48,720 nucleotides of DNA from Craspedostauros australis (lineage: Eukaryota). This document shows, piece by piece, positions 10,370-22,058 of this stretch; position 1 is the first letter of the stretch; every line of letters begins with the position of its first letter. The translations under genes were made by a program, and so were the position numbers. The notes under the pieces were generated by a model that saw only the letters and a list, made by a program, of their open reading frames with translations, was not told the origin of the DNA and did no database searches. The stretch is from contig JALAGF010003500.1 in assembly GCA_030167865.1 (NCBI GenBank), forward strand, positions 1 to 48,720. Direction: 5' to 3'.

Positions 10370-13300
10370 TTAAGCATGCACGGAGATGACTGGCATGGTC
10401 TTGTGTGCCTTTGCGGCAGCCGCTGGGGCGCTCTTCTTGCCGACGACCGCGGAAACGTCCATGGTGGACTTGTTCGCGGCAGCCGCAACTGCAGCCGCGG
10501 CCACAGCTGGGGAGTTGCCGTACTGGGCCAGCAAGGCGGCCAGAGTGGCAGCAGCCAGGGACATTGGCATAGCCTGCTGTTGCTGTGCCTGTGACATGGC
10601 GTTGGTTGTGCCATCATCCATGGACTTGGAGCCAGACCGGGATAGGATGCGGCGGGTGGCGGCAGTCTGCACAGCAAGTGGCGTTGCTGTGACTGGTGCC
10701 AGAGCCTTCTGGGTGTTGCTGTTGCTAACAGCGGCGCCGCTGGCTCCGGCTGACGAAGCGCCCAGCACTTGTGATGCAACCAGCGACTGTTGCACTTCCT
10801 TCGGTCCCGTGATGGATTGCACCAGGCGGTCGACGATCAGCTCTTGAATGTCGGTTGGGAGCATGCCCAATGCCTCCCCGAGGCGTTCCATGAGCTCAGG
10901 TCTCGGGCGGTTCGATGATGACGACATCGATGACAACGAGGACGTCGCTGTCTCTGGTTGCAGCGGGGCTGGAACTGATTGAACGATGACGGAATCGGAC
11001 GATGAGATTCCCAGTCCCAACACGTCTTCCGCATCCGCTTCGATGTCGGCAGAAAAGTCAATGTCATCGTCAGCCTTGAATGCCGTGAATAGCTGATCCA
11101 CGAAGCCATCGTCGGAAAGTTCGGATTCCACGGAGGTGGACAGTCCTCTCTGGAACGGCGTGGAGTGCACTGGCGAGGGGATGCTTGGCGGAGATGACAG
11201 CAAGGGTTGATCGATGTCCATTGCGAGTGGAAGAGCTGGCAGTGGGGCCGCCACAGAATCCGCCGTTGCTGTTGCCGTTGCCACCGCCGTGGTCGATACT
11301 GCTGCAGTTGCTCTTGCGATGGGAACGATGGTTTGGGGTTGCGTCGATGTTGTGCTGACGGAAGCAACAGCAGGCAGGGCGTTCGGAACGCTGGAAGTCA
11401 CGCTGTCGGGAAGGGAGAGATCGATTCTGGACTTCTTGTGCGGAAGTTCTTCGGCGGTGCTGAAGGATTGCTGTTGATGTTGAATGTTGATGACATCGTC
11501 ACTTTGCTGCAGCGATACTTGGTTGACCATGGAGGTGAGTTGATCGATGTTTTTGGTCATTTCTTCCATCTTCTTCTTAAGCGATGTCACTTCAGACTGC
11601 AGGCGGAGCTCCTGCACGGTGGTCTTGCTGGGTGTGGTTGCTCCCAGGCTCGTCACTGACCCAGTTGCTGCGGCCTTGTTCTTCTGGCCATTCATTCTCT
11701 TGATTTCGCACAGCCATTCTTGGTGTCCACGACGGAAGCGCTCGTGTCGGAATCTCCAATAGTTGGCGGTCTCCGCCTCGAGCTTGGGGTCGATGCGGAT
11801 GGTGTCAGCATACTTGATCTTGCGGAACGAGTAAAAGTTGAGTTGCTGTGTGTGGGTTGAAAAGCAGTTTGTTGTGTGTGGTATGGGTCAGCACAACCAA
11901 TGGGCATTGGGAACCGAAAAGGCGGTGTTGGACAGAGAAACGGAAAACGATGGATTTGGTAGGCGGGGAGTGAGCGAGAGAGTAACAGTGGAGAAGTGTG
12001 ACATCCAGTTGCGAGTCGAACACAGACAAAGGCAGGAATAGCAGTAGCCACCATGCGATAGAAGGAATGATGCCGGCGGGTGACTTCAACCAGTGGTGCA
12101 TCACACAATGGTGACAGCTGATTGGGGTGTGATGAACTTACGCGAACGAAGGAGCTGAACTTGGAGTGCTTGAAGAATTGGGGAATGATGCTGCGTTCGA
12201 ACTTCTTGGGGTCCTTGATGACGAAGGTCTCGCCATCCTCGCTCCAGCATGCGACGGTGGGGTCACAAGTGTCGATCATGTGGTACGTTTCTGCAGATTC
12301 ATGGGTGGTTGGCACGGGCGATACCGAGGAGGGATGGATGGACGCGTTGGGCGGCACGAGACGACGGATGCATGGATGGATCCAAGAAGCGAGAGCCACG
12401 AAAAAGTTTTCGCAGGATTGCGAAGTCCAAATGAAAACCAGGCCGAAAGTAAGGTAGGCAGTGGATGAAGTTAGAACGGAGGGGGAGATGAGCAAGAATA
12501 TGTGAGTGTGTGTGGTTGTGTGTTGCAGATCACAATGGCGACCCATTGCCATGATTGAATGTGGAGATGGCACGATTGCCGTTTTCGATGTCCGGTTTTC
12601 TTGGCTGCGTCGGCACGATTGACGCCGTTGCAGGCACTGACAGGTTTCGAATCCGGCAACGCAGTCGCGGAAGATCCATCGGATGCTGCCTTCGCTGCCA
12701 TGGTGAGTGACCTTGGCTCTGTTCGGCCGCAAGCGAACGGTCACGAAGGTGTCGTTGTTGTCGTTGTTGTTGTTGCTGTTGCAGATCTCACTGGAGTCCG
12801 ACAAAGCCTCGCAACCTTGCCGGTCATTGTTGGGTTGGTCCCAGAACGACAAAAGGACGAACACACGACTGTTCGTCCTTGGTTGCAGGTCTTGTCGTCG
12901 CAGAATGGAAGTCCGCATACGAGTTGACGGATGACCAGAGTCGATGCAATCGCGGCCGTGCGATCAGATCCTGCAGTTGTTGCTTGGTGGCCTTGCAGTG
13001 GGGTGCGATGAAGCATGGTCTCTCGAGAGACAGGCGTCATTGTTGCGGATGTTCGCCTCCTTGCTGCGCGTGTTCGTCTTTTTTTTCTTGGTGCGTTCAA
13101 GTTCGCCTGTTTGGATCGTGTGCGTTGGACGCAGTACTGGGACGGCCGTGGAAAACTCGAAACGGGTGGATTTTGGGCGGATACTTACTTCGGAGAAAGA
13201 TTGGGACATCAGCGTGGTCGTTGGCAACCCTCTTGGCGACGGTCGCCATGGAAACGGTCGGGGTTGGGATGGGGACTGCGACAGGTGGCTGGAATGGGAT

Positions 13301-13378
13301 GGCTGCTGCCCTCACAGGCACCACGCTTGGTGCTGATGGGACAGCAGCTGGTGTCGGCGCTGTTGCTGGGGTGGTCAT
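10370..13378 (-). CDS. Heat shock transcription factor (here HSF-B), 3 exons, ~604 aa
   Basis: Exons 13378-13189, 12290-12142 and 11845-10370 (GTAAGT donors, CAG acceptors). They give VPIFLRKTYHMIDTCD..WSEDGETFVIKDP..IIPQFFKHSKFSSFVRQLNFYSFRK..WRFRHERFRRGHQEWLCEIKR, then a coiled coil (LQSEVTSLKKKMEEMTKNIDQLTSMV) and an acidic-aromatic segment (DDGFVDQLFTAF). Confidence 0.93.
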
Positions 13379-14204
13379 GGTGATGGCTCTTTCTTGTTGG
13401 CTGCTTGGTGCTGTCTTTGGTTTCGAGTGGATTTTTTGCTCCTCTTCGATAATTTGTGTGTGTGTCCCGACACGGCAGCAGATGTTGTCGTGTCCTCTGT
13501 GCTGTTTTTTCGAGGTCGAGAGAAGAGAGAGAGGAGATGCCTGATTCCCGCCGCGTGGTTGTGACCTGAGCCTTTTTTGCGTGTGGGTTTCAAACTCGGA
13601 AATCTTCCACGGTGGAGGGAAACTGCTGACTGTCAAGTGTTGACTGTCCACTTTTGGCCTTGGTTGTGCGCGTGGTACAAGTATCGCAACCTTGGACGCG
13701 TGTGTGCGAGCTTCCTGTTTGTGATTTTCCGGGACTTGATTTTGTATGGTGCGTTTTGTGGACTGATGCGCACGCTTCAATCTGAGTCACGAATACTGAC
13801 AATTCTGAAGCGAACAACCTCGTTGGCGTTTTGTTGTGGTGATGTGTGTGAGCGTGTGAGCGTCTGTGTGGGAGTGTGTGTGCGAGTGCGAGGAATTACT
13901 TCGGATAAGGAACTCCTGTCGTGAATTTTATGTCCGTTGCTGTCATTTGGTTGGACGCGCTCTGCGTGAGTATGTACGAGTGTGTGGAGAAGGCGGATGT
14001 GGGCTTTCGCTTTGATCGCTCCCACATGAACAGTGCTGGTGTGTGCCGAGTGCGAACAACTTCGAATGGAAAAGAAACGCCATTATCCTCATCGTCCTTC
14101 TTCATTGCTATGCACAATCCGTCAACAACACACATGAACGATAGGGATGACCTGATTCGCTTACTGGAATGAGCCTATTTGGATCACGGCGATGCGGGTC
14201 CCGT

Positions 14205-14311
14205 ATTGGATCAGCCTGCACAGCCAATCAGAGCGTCCAGGTCGCCATCAGGACCAGCTTGAGCCGAACTTGATTGCCATTTGGCGTCACTGAATCTCAT
14301 CGTTGACGTCA
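14205..14311. promoter_or_regulatory. Candidate regulatory cluster upstream of HSF-B: CCAAT boxes and a TGACGTCA bZIP palindrome
   Basis: ATTGG at 14205-14209, AGCCAATCAG at 14222-14231 and TGACGTCA at 14304-14311, about 0.85-0.93 kb upstream of ATG 13378. Motif match only. Confidence 0.3.
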
Positions 14312-16294
14312 AGAGGACCAATTGTTCCATCGACCGGCCAATGAAAATGGTTCCAATCTTCCCGCCAACCACATGGTTCGCGTCAAAGAGTTCGCATTCG
14401 TGATGGCGTCATGTTGTGTCATCATCAGAGAATGCTGCGAGCAAAGTGCGTGGATCATTGCAGATCTTGTGTGGTTCTGCTTCTCCATCTCGAGACGGAA
14501 GATCCTTCGCCTCTTCACTTCCCTCCACAGAGTGATGACGAGGCCCGAGAGGAGAGGAGATGCTGAGAGATGCGAAACGCAAGCATCGTGCTTGGTGTCA
14601 AGTCAGCAGTTCGAACATGGCGACAAGAGCAGATGACGCTGACCGCCACAAGGCAACGCAATGCCACGCGACGCAACGTTGCGCAGGATAGATGATGCTG
14701 CGCAAACGATGATCTGCCCACACATTGACCAGAGCATCGTCGCTGACACAACCAAGAGAACATTCGAAGCATGGAAACCATAGAGATGACAGAATTCTCA
14801 GACGGACGAAGGGAGCACTATGGAGAAGAGACTGATAACCACTGCCATCGTCCCTTTGCGAAGCAATCATCCGAGACGCTGATTCTGTTGGCAGTGAGCA
14901 TTCGCAGGATGCGACGCCATGAGCTTCCCCATCATCACGAAGAATGCCATCCATTATACTCTGCATCATGCCACGATGGAAGACGGGCATATCCACAGGA
15001 AGACACACGCTGGCATCATCTGCAAGTTCGATTGGGCACACCATTCGACGAGCATGGAGAGAGCCTTGGGAGTGAACTCAAGATAGTTCAGGTTGGCGTG
15101 GAAGCCTCTCGAGTACCCGGATGCAAATTGATCGGCGAACAGGCTCATGGATAGATCGTAGAATACTTTATGAATAAGGCTGGCGCACAGATCAGATCGG
15201 ATCATGGGTGAAGTTGTGCGAGGTGGTGCGAGACACGACAAGAAGGGCGTCGCGGCTCGCAGGTCCGGATGCGAGCTTCTTCTTTATCAACAGAAAGGAT
15301 CGCCATTCTGGCCAATTGATCGCCACCGGGTTCCGATGGACCTGAGGAGGAAATGCCACGTGGTGCATCATGCGCATGACACATGATCCACGACGAGCAC
15401 GAATACTAGTACGATTGCAAGCCATGGATTGACTATGACAGTTGCAGTCGTGGGCATCCCGCGCATGATAGACGGCGCCGTGCATATTCTGCGACCCAGC
15501 ACTCGTGCAAGCATGAAAGTCAGCATGTCGATGGGATGACAAAGGGTTGGCGGAGATTGATAGGTGGCAGACCACTGATGGACCGTTCCGAGAATATGGC
15601 TGACCGCAGACAGAGTGGAGCATTCTCCTTTCAATCGTCTACGTCCCAGTTACTTGCCAAGGCGAGAACTTGCCCAACCAACCACCAATGGCATTCCCTG
15701 CAGCAGTGCCCCAAGTCAAGATAGAGTATGAAAGCAGAGACAAATAAATTAGACATTCCCTTCCAAGCACCAGCGGTTCTACAAGCAGCGGTATGAGTGG
15801 TCACCGAGGACGAGTAAAAGCAGAGAGGGACATCATCGAGACAGTGCTGGAATTGAGATCGAGGAGTGCATGACTCTATGAGCGCGAGTTGATTTGAGCG
15901 TGAAGTGAAATGAAGTTGTAACAGAGTACCTACTAGAGAGCAGAGGTGAGGAGAGTAGAATACTTCCTCTTCTCCGACAATGACTGTCATGGAATGCATG
16001 GATGTATCACGTGCGCCTTGGTTGGGACTGATGTGAGCGACTTGAGGAAGAGCGCCCGCGCGCCTATCTCTGGGTCCAGAACACAGAGGGCTAGAGAGTA
16101 GTCGTATGCGACGCGACTGCCGAGAGTCGCCACGCGGCTTGGGTCGTTGCGACGCCAGAATACGGCGATGGGTGCTGCAGGTGTTGCCAATATCTCGTTG
16201 TTTCGGTTGGGTGGTGGCAAGTTTTCACTTCTCTTGTTTTCTTTGCACCACCTTGTGGTGTCCTTCGATCAACGGGAGCGTCGAGGCTTTAGTA

Positions 16295-16822
16295 TTAGCG
16301 GGTCAACAAGAGACGATTGTTGTGCTTGTTGTCCCGGTGCTGCAAGAGCTGGCTGAGGTTGCGGTAAGACACGCAGCATTCGGGGCAATGGTAGGGGAAC
16401 TCCGGGATGCTGTCGTCGCTGTCGCTGTAGTAGTCGTAGTACTCGATCCGCGGCGGCTCAACGACGTAGCGACTCATGCTCCTCTTGGAGCGCGCGAAGT
16501 CGTAGATCTGACGGCGGGCGTTCTCCCGACCGCCGCAGCCCCTGCAGTATCCGGACTCGACATGCTGCACTGCGTTGGCGCCGGAGCGGAAGCGTCTGTC
16601 GCCGCAGACCGGGCAAGCGACGTCGCGGGCGCGGTGGACCTGCCTGTGCATCCTGAGCTCGTTTTCGGAATCGAAGCCTCGGTTGCAGACCTCGCACTGG
16701 AAGACCGGAGGCGGATCGACGCAGTCCCTGCATCGTGAGAACCCGTCGCCCTTGCGCCACTGGTTGCGGCTGAACTGGCTGCAGCTCGTGTAGTCACCGC
16801 ATTCGGCGCAGTAACGTCCCAT
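16295..16822 (-). CDS. Small multi-zinc-finger protein: N-terminal Stc1-like C4 finger plus three C2H2/C2HC fingers (175 aa)
   Basis: CAEC-x6-FSRNQWRK-x6-CRDCV; CEVCNRGF..LRMHRQVH; CPVCGDRRF..QHVESGYC; CPEC..LLQHRDNKH. Intronless, strong GC3 bias. Confidence 0.9.
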   Translation of the reverse strand: MGRYCAECGDYTSCSQFSRNQWRKGDGFSRCRDCVDPPPVFQCEVCNRGFDSENELRMHRQVHRARDVACPVCGDRRFRSGANAVQHVESGYCRGCGGRENARRQIYDFARSKRSMSRYVVEPPRIEYYDYYSDSDDSIPEFPYHCPECCVSYRNLSQLLQHRDNKHNNRLLLTR

Positions 16823-19800
16823 GGTTGCGAGCTTGATGAAGAGTGGTGGTTGAAGTGGGTTGGTGGGTGTGGTTGTCAGTGTCGCTGTGAACGGGCGGAG
16901 TCTGAGAATTTTGGTTCGTTTCCTTTTTTGTGTGGACCTTCATTCAGAATCCCTGTTCGTTTCTCTTTGCTGTTTCTTGGTGGTCGATGTGAACTGGCGA
17001 CATCAGCACTGTGCGGTGCTCATCATCGGCGCATTCGCGTGATGCAGCACCAACAAGAGAGAACGGAAGAAGAACATGGTGTCGATGTCGTTTGGGTTCC
17101 GCAATTCCCATTGCTGTCTTCCATCTGTCACACACGACTGCCTGTGTTTGTGGGTTTCGCCAACAGCCCCGTTCTTCTTTCTTGTTTGGGGTGCGATCGC
17201 GTTCGCGCCAGAACTTGATGAAGCTCCCTCCATTCGCAAGATCGTCTTTCGGAGTGTGCAAGGCTGCGCAAACATGGGTGCAGCGCGCACTGACCCCCTC
17301 TTCGTGACTTCTCTCCTTGCCCCCTCTTCCGTGCTGCCCTTGACATCGCGCAACACATGACGCACATCCGTTCCCCATTCTTTCACAGATTTCCGTTGGA
17401 GCGCAACAAAGTTGATTCGAGTACCATTCTCCGTCCAAGAACAAACACTCCACCCCACTCCGCCGTTGGCTCGCTTGTTCCAATTCCGACACACATGCAA
17501 GTCGGAAAGCATCATCAGACATCAAACGTTTGCCAGCGCCAAAGAAGAGAGAAAAGCCAACTCGCGCCATTTTCGTCCCCCTTATTGTTCTGAGATCTCC
17601 TTCAACATCGGTCTGCACACGAGCCACACAAGAAGAGACCTCCGTTGGCGTTGCTCTGCCTTGCTCATTCTGCGAAAATTGGTTCAACGGATCCCACGCG
17701 CAAGCACATCAAAGATCATGCGTCAATTAGAGCACTCTCTCTGTCTCTGGAGAATGTGTGGCGCTGTACTTCTCGACTATTATCCTCTACTTCTTTCAAC
17801 AGGATGGAGAGACAAGTCGCAGAAACGGAAGTACGCTGAATACCACGAGCATTTGATGTGACAGAGAGAGACAGAGCCAAAGTTGGTGACTGAGAAGGAG
17901 TTGCGACAGCAAGCACATGATGAGTCTTGAAGAGCATCCGAGCACAAGTGGAAACATAAGTGGCGGAGAGCATCACGCACCATGCACATCTTGCTCTACT
18001 ATACTCCACTGCGAAACACAAACAAGAACTCAAAGAGCACTCGTATGAGTATGGTACGGACTTGTCCCAACCTGCACTCTCACATGCTCGTGCGATCAGT
18101 AGTACCAACATCATCGCTGTCATGCGCCGAGCCATCACATTCTGAGCAACCCATTCTGTTGATGACCTCACCCACGCTGTCAGAATCGGACCAGAAACGA
18201 GGATGCGACGAGTCAACGGGCCATGCCCATCATTTCGTACGACCATGAAGATGACCAACGGGATGCCCCAGCGCATGGCATCAGAATGGATGCATTTTAT
18301 TGCAATGAAGGCACGAAGGCAGACAGGAAACAGGTAAATGATTGCCATTTTCCAAGAGTACCCCATCCGTGCGTACAGCACACTCGCAAAGAAAGAGAGA
18401 GAGAGAGAGAGAGAGATCAGAATGTTGATCGATGCAACTTGCGAGAGTGCGGAGAAGAACAAGGACCAGAAAGAGAGAAAATAGGTTCATTGAAGAGGCA
18501 CCGAAACATTCGGCCATGGCAGGTGTGCAAGATTCCACCAAGAGAGCCATCGCGAACCCTGCAGGAGTCATTCGGCAGTTCGAGCGACTTCATTCGCGGC
18601 GGATACGATTACACACGAGAAAGAAAACGTCCAACGAAGGTCGACAGCAATGCGATGGCGATACGGCGACATGACATCGGCACGAGGGTTGGATGGTGCG
18701 GAGACAGGAGCCGGAAGGTCCGCTGTTCATCGCTGCCTTGTGCGGCGGGTCCTCGCCTTCCTTCCTTCCTTCCTTCATAGGTGTGTAGCTCGAATGGTAT
18801 GTATTTTGCTCAGTGGTATTATTCTATTCTATTCTATAATATTATATTCATTCCGCACTCGTGCCTTGCACTCGTTTGGCATGCTTCGTTGATTGCAGGA
18901 CCAAGAGGTGGATCGCAGGAAGAGCCTTGGTGTGTACAACTACGAGATCTCCCAACAACAGCGGTCTGCCGCGTCGTGACACACGTCATCTGCTTTCGTT
19001 CGGCTGTTTGCTGGATCACAATGTTCCTCCGAGTGAGGGCATCCTCGTGTTTCGACAGAGAGTCTCCGTTGCTCCGCAAGGCTGGGGAAGACGCTCTGCT
19101 TTTCTCTGTGTCGGTTGGAGTGTGAATACGCCCGCACAGTAGTTCGCATGCATCGATACCGCATCGTTGTCTCACGGCACGCGGTGCCCAACAATGTATC
19201 TGTGGTGCTTTTCAATACTTGTCGCCTGAGACATGGAGCCCCGCGACAGATGTCGGTCGCGCGTTGATCGCTCCATCATTGGGGCCACAGCGAGTGATCC
19301 TCTGCTCGGACAGGCTACGCATCCAAAAGGTCGAGGAGACGGCCAAGAAGCACCACATCTCCACCAGTCTCATCAGCGTGCAAACCTCCGTCCCAACGGC
19401 GCAGTAAAGTGATCGGAGCAGATGGAATACGCGGAGAATCCGAGGCATCGGCATCCAAGAGAAGCTGCGCTCCATTGTCTCCCCCAACTGACAACAAGAT
19501 CACAGACACCTCGCGAGGAATGGAACACCGTCCTCAATCTCTCGGGAGGGTGTTGATGCCGATGACTACCGCACCATACACTCATGCGCCCACACAGTAG
19601 TACCATGTCGCGGACGGCTTCAAATGACTTGTACAATGTCTCGCCCAGTGGCTGATTCGACTGTTCCAAGTTTGGAGCACGACCACTTCGGAGCCCTCCG
19701 CTGTCGTAACCGTACTTCGTTCTGTCCTGTACAACATCTATGACAACCAATACTCCACCGCAGCCCTCCCACTTTCCGTCCACAACGCGTGTTGTGTGCG

Positions 19801-20697
19801 CGGTTCCCCGGTCGTGATTTTATTTCCGAAAAAGAAAAAGACCAATAATGGAAGCGAACTCTTCGCCGTGACAGATTCGATGCGATAAAAGGGCTTACCT
19901 TGTTTCACGAACAGACGATACGTCCGTGCCGATACGCTAACAACAACAACGACAGCAACAACAACAACAACACGCCCAACTGCGAGCGCTGCCCGAGTGT
20001 GCAGATCGTACAACACAGATCAACTTGAACCACGGAGGATTTGTCGCAACAATGGATTACTCCGACTTGCTTAACAGCGTGAACGATGAACACACTACTC
20101 GAGTTCTTCCGATATTTCGGACAAATAAAGCCCTTCAACAACGCACGGACAGGCGCACGCAGTAGAATTTCCGCAAAGGGACAAATGGCACTTCGTCTTG
20201 AAGGAGAGAAGAAGGCGGAGGCAATAGGGACATCAGGGGCGCTCTGACAATGGAAAGTCACGTGTTTCGTGGAGTCTCTTCGCAGGTCAAGCCAAGAGAG
20301 AGAGAGAGAGACGAAGCACAAGCACACGGAGAGAACAGGTAGAACAAAACACAGCGTGGAGACTTCGCTGCGCATCTCGCCCAACAAGTCCTTCCACCCA
20401 GTACCACCACCAACAAGGAAACAATCCACAGAAACTAAGCGGAGGAACAAAAGTACGCGGACGTCACGTGACAGCGCCCCAACGAACGCAAAGACCGAAC
20501 TCGCTTTGTTCCGCTCCAAAGTGCTTTGCGGTCACATGATCGTTCGTGCTCCACCGCGGCCGAACCTCAACATCGCAGAACCTCGACACAAACCAGAGAT
20601 CACAAGAGACGCAAGAGCAAGTCACGTCGCTCCCACAAATCCAAAACCAATCGAAACCTATCGAAACCTATCCAACCACTCAAACCACTCAACCACC

Positions 20698-21807
20698 ATG
20701 TCCACATCTATGCTCATGCAGAACGCAGCCGCAGCAGCAGCATGCGCGCTGGACGACGATCTGGAACTTGCCGAGGCCGAGCTCGCACAGAGGCTCTTTG
20801 GCGTCACGGCGGAGGAGGCCCAGGCCACCACCACCTCCCTCTCCACCAACCACACCATGGAGTGCCTCGGCGAGATGATGAGCGGCAACTTCACCAACAG
20901 CGCCATGATGCTGCAGGCTCAGGAAGCGCACTACCAGGAGCAGCAGTACCAGGAGTATCAGCAGCTTCAGCAACAACAGCAGCAGTACGAGCAGGAGCAG
21001 TACCAGCAGGAATACCAGCAGTACCGCGAACGCGAGGCCTGCGAAGACAATGACGAGACAGAGCTGCAGTTCATCCAGTACCAGTATCATCAGCAACAGA
21101 AGCAACAGCAGGAGCAAGAACAGCAACAACAACGAGAACAGCAGCAGTCGAACTATCAGTACGAGCAGCACAGCTACGAGCAACACAGCTACGAAGAACC
21201 TCACCAGATCAGCAGCACCAGCTTCTCCTACAACCACAGCTGCAACGAGATGCACCACCAGCACAGCAGCTTCTGCGTCAGCGGTGACAGCAGCAGAAGC
21301 CACGACGATGAGTGCTTCGTCACGCCAGTCCCTGTCCGCCGCCCATCCGCCGGCGGCGGTCTTGGTTACCTCAGCAACAGCCACCTGCACAACATGGAAC
21401 TGGTGGCGATGAAGAGCCTTTCCATCACAGCATCCCCCCAATCCTCCCACGCCACCATCCCCTTCGACAGGGACGAACTCGAGGAGAGCGTCATGATGGC
21501 CATGAGGCAGCAGCGCAAGCTCGGAGACGAGCAGCAACTTCGCAGGTACAGTCTGGATGGTGCCCTCAACTTGAATGGGAACATGCCTGGGCAACAGCAG
21601 CAACAGCAACAGGGCCTCGACCTCAGCGTCGAGTTGAAGGCCATGCAAGAGCTGCAGCGGCAGAGTCTGGGTGGCCTCTTTCAGACGCCCATCTCACCCA
21701 TGTCCACGGCCACGGCACCACAGCCAACCTCAGGCGCACCAGCCACAGATTCGACCTCCGCGACAATGCCACGCCAGAAACGAAGGTCTTTCTCGCTTGG
21801 ATGTTGA
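20698..21807 (+). CDS. Gln/Glu-rich low-complexity hypothetical protein (~369 aa)
   Basis: ORF 20269..21807. Coding-like codon bias begins at accATG 20698, after an A/C-rich leader. Q/E/Y-rich repeats; RRPS, RRYSL and RRSFSL motifs. Confidence 0.8.
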   Translation: MSTSMLMQNAAAAAACALDDDLELAEAELAQRLFGVTAEEAQATTTSLSTNHTMECLGEMMSGNFTNSAMMLQAQEAHYQEQQYQEYQQLQQQQQQYEQEQYQQEYQQYREREACEDNDETELQFIQYQYHQQQKQQQEQEQQQQREQQQSNYQYEQHSYEQHSYEEPHQISSTSFSYNHSCNEMHHQHSSFCVSGDSSRSHDDECFVTPVPVRRPSAGGGLGYLSNSHLHNMELVAMKSLSITASPQSSHATIPFDRDELEESVMMAMRQQRKLGDEQQLRRYSLDGALNLNGNMPGQQQQQQQGLDLSVELKAMQELQRQSLGGLFQTPISPMSTATAPQPTSGAPATDSTSATMPRQKRRSFSLGC

Positions 21808-22058
21808 ACATCCATTGCATTCCACAAAAAGAGTTTGGGAACAGGGTCGTATTATGCTCCTGAGACGAAGGTCGAAGATTGAAGGTACAGGCGAACGATC
21901 ACCAAATTCTCCTTCGAATCTCCTTGCCACAACTCAGACGTACGAATACAGCGCAAGAACATTTTCTAATTGTACAATACCATACCATACAAATAAAACT
22001 CGAGTTCCATACTCTCAATTCCACCTGAATAGACTCCGTCCAGTTGCATTCTTTTCTG

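Noticed and set aside
11692..12918. 408-aa ORF as a single-exon HSF
   Set aside because: Only 12290-12142 matches HSF. The rest is intron read-through, and the domain continues in another frame after a canonical splice.
17716..19783. Several 100-250 aa ORFs in the spacer
   Set aside because: No recognisable motifs, weak codon bias, and some cross (GA)n microsatellites. Decayed coding remnants cannot be excluded.
20269..20697. N-terminal 143 codons of the 512-aa ORF
   Set aside because: GTG start, A/C-rich leader-like composition with short duplications; codon bias begins only at ATG 20698.
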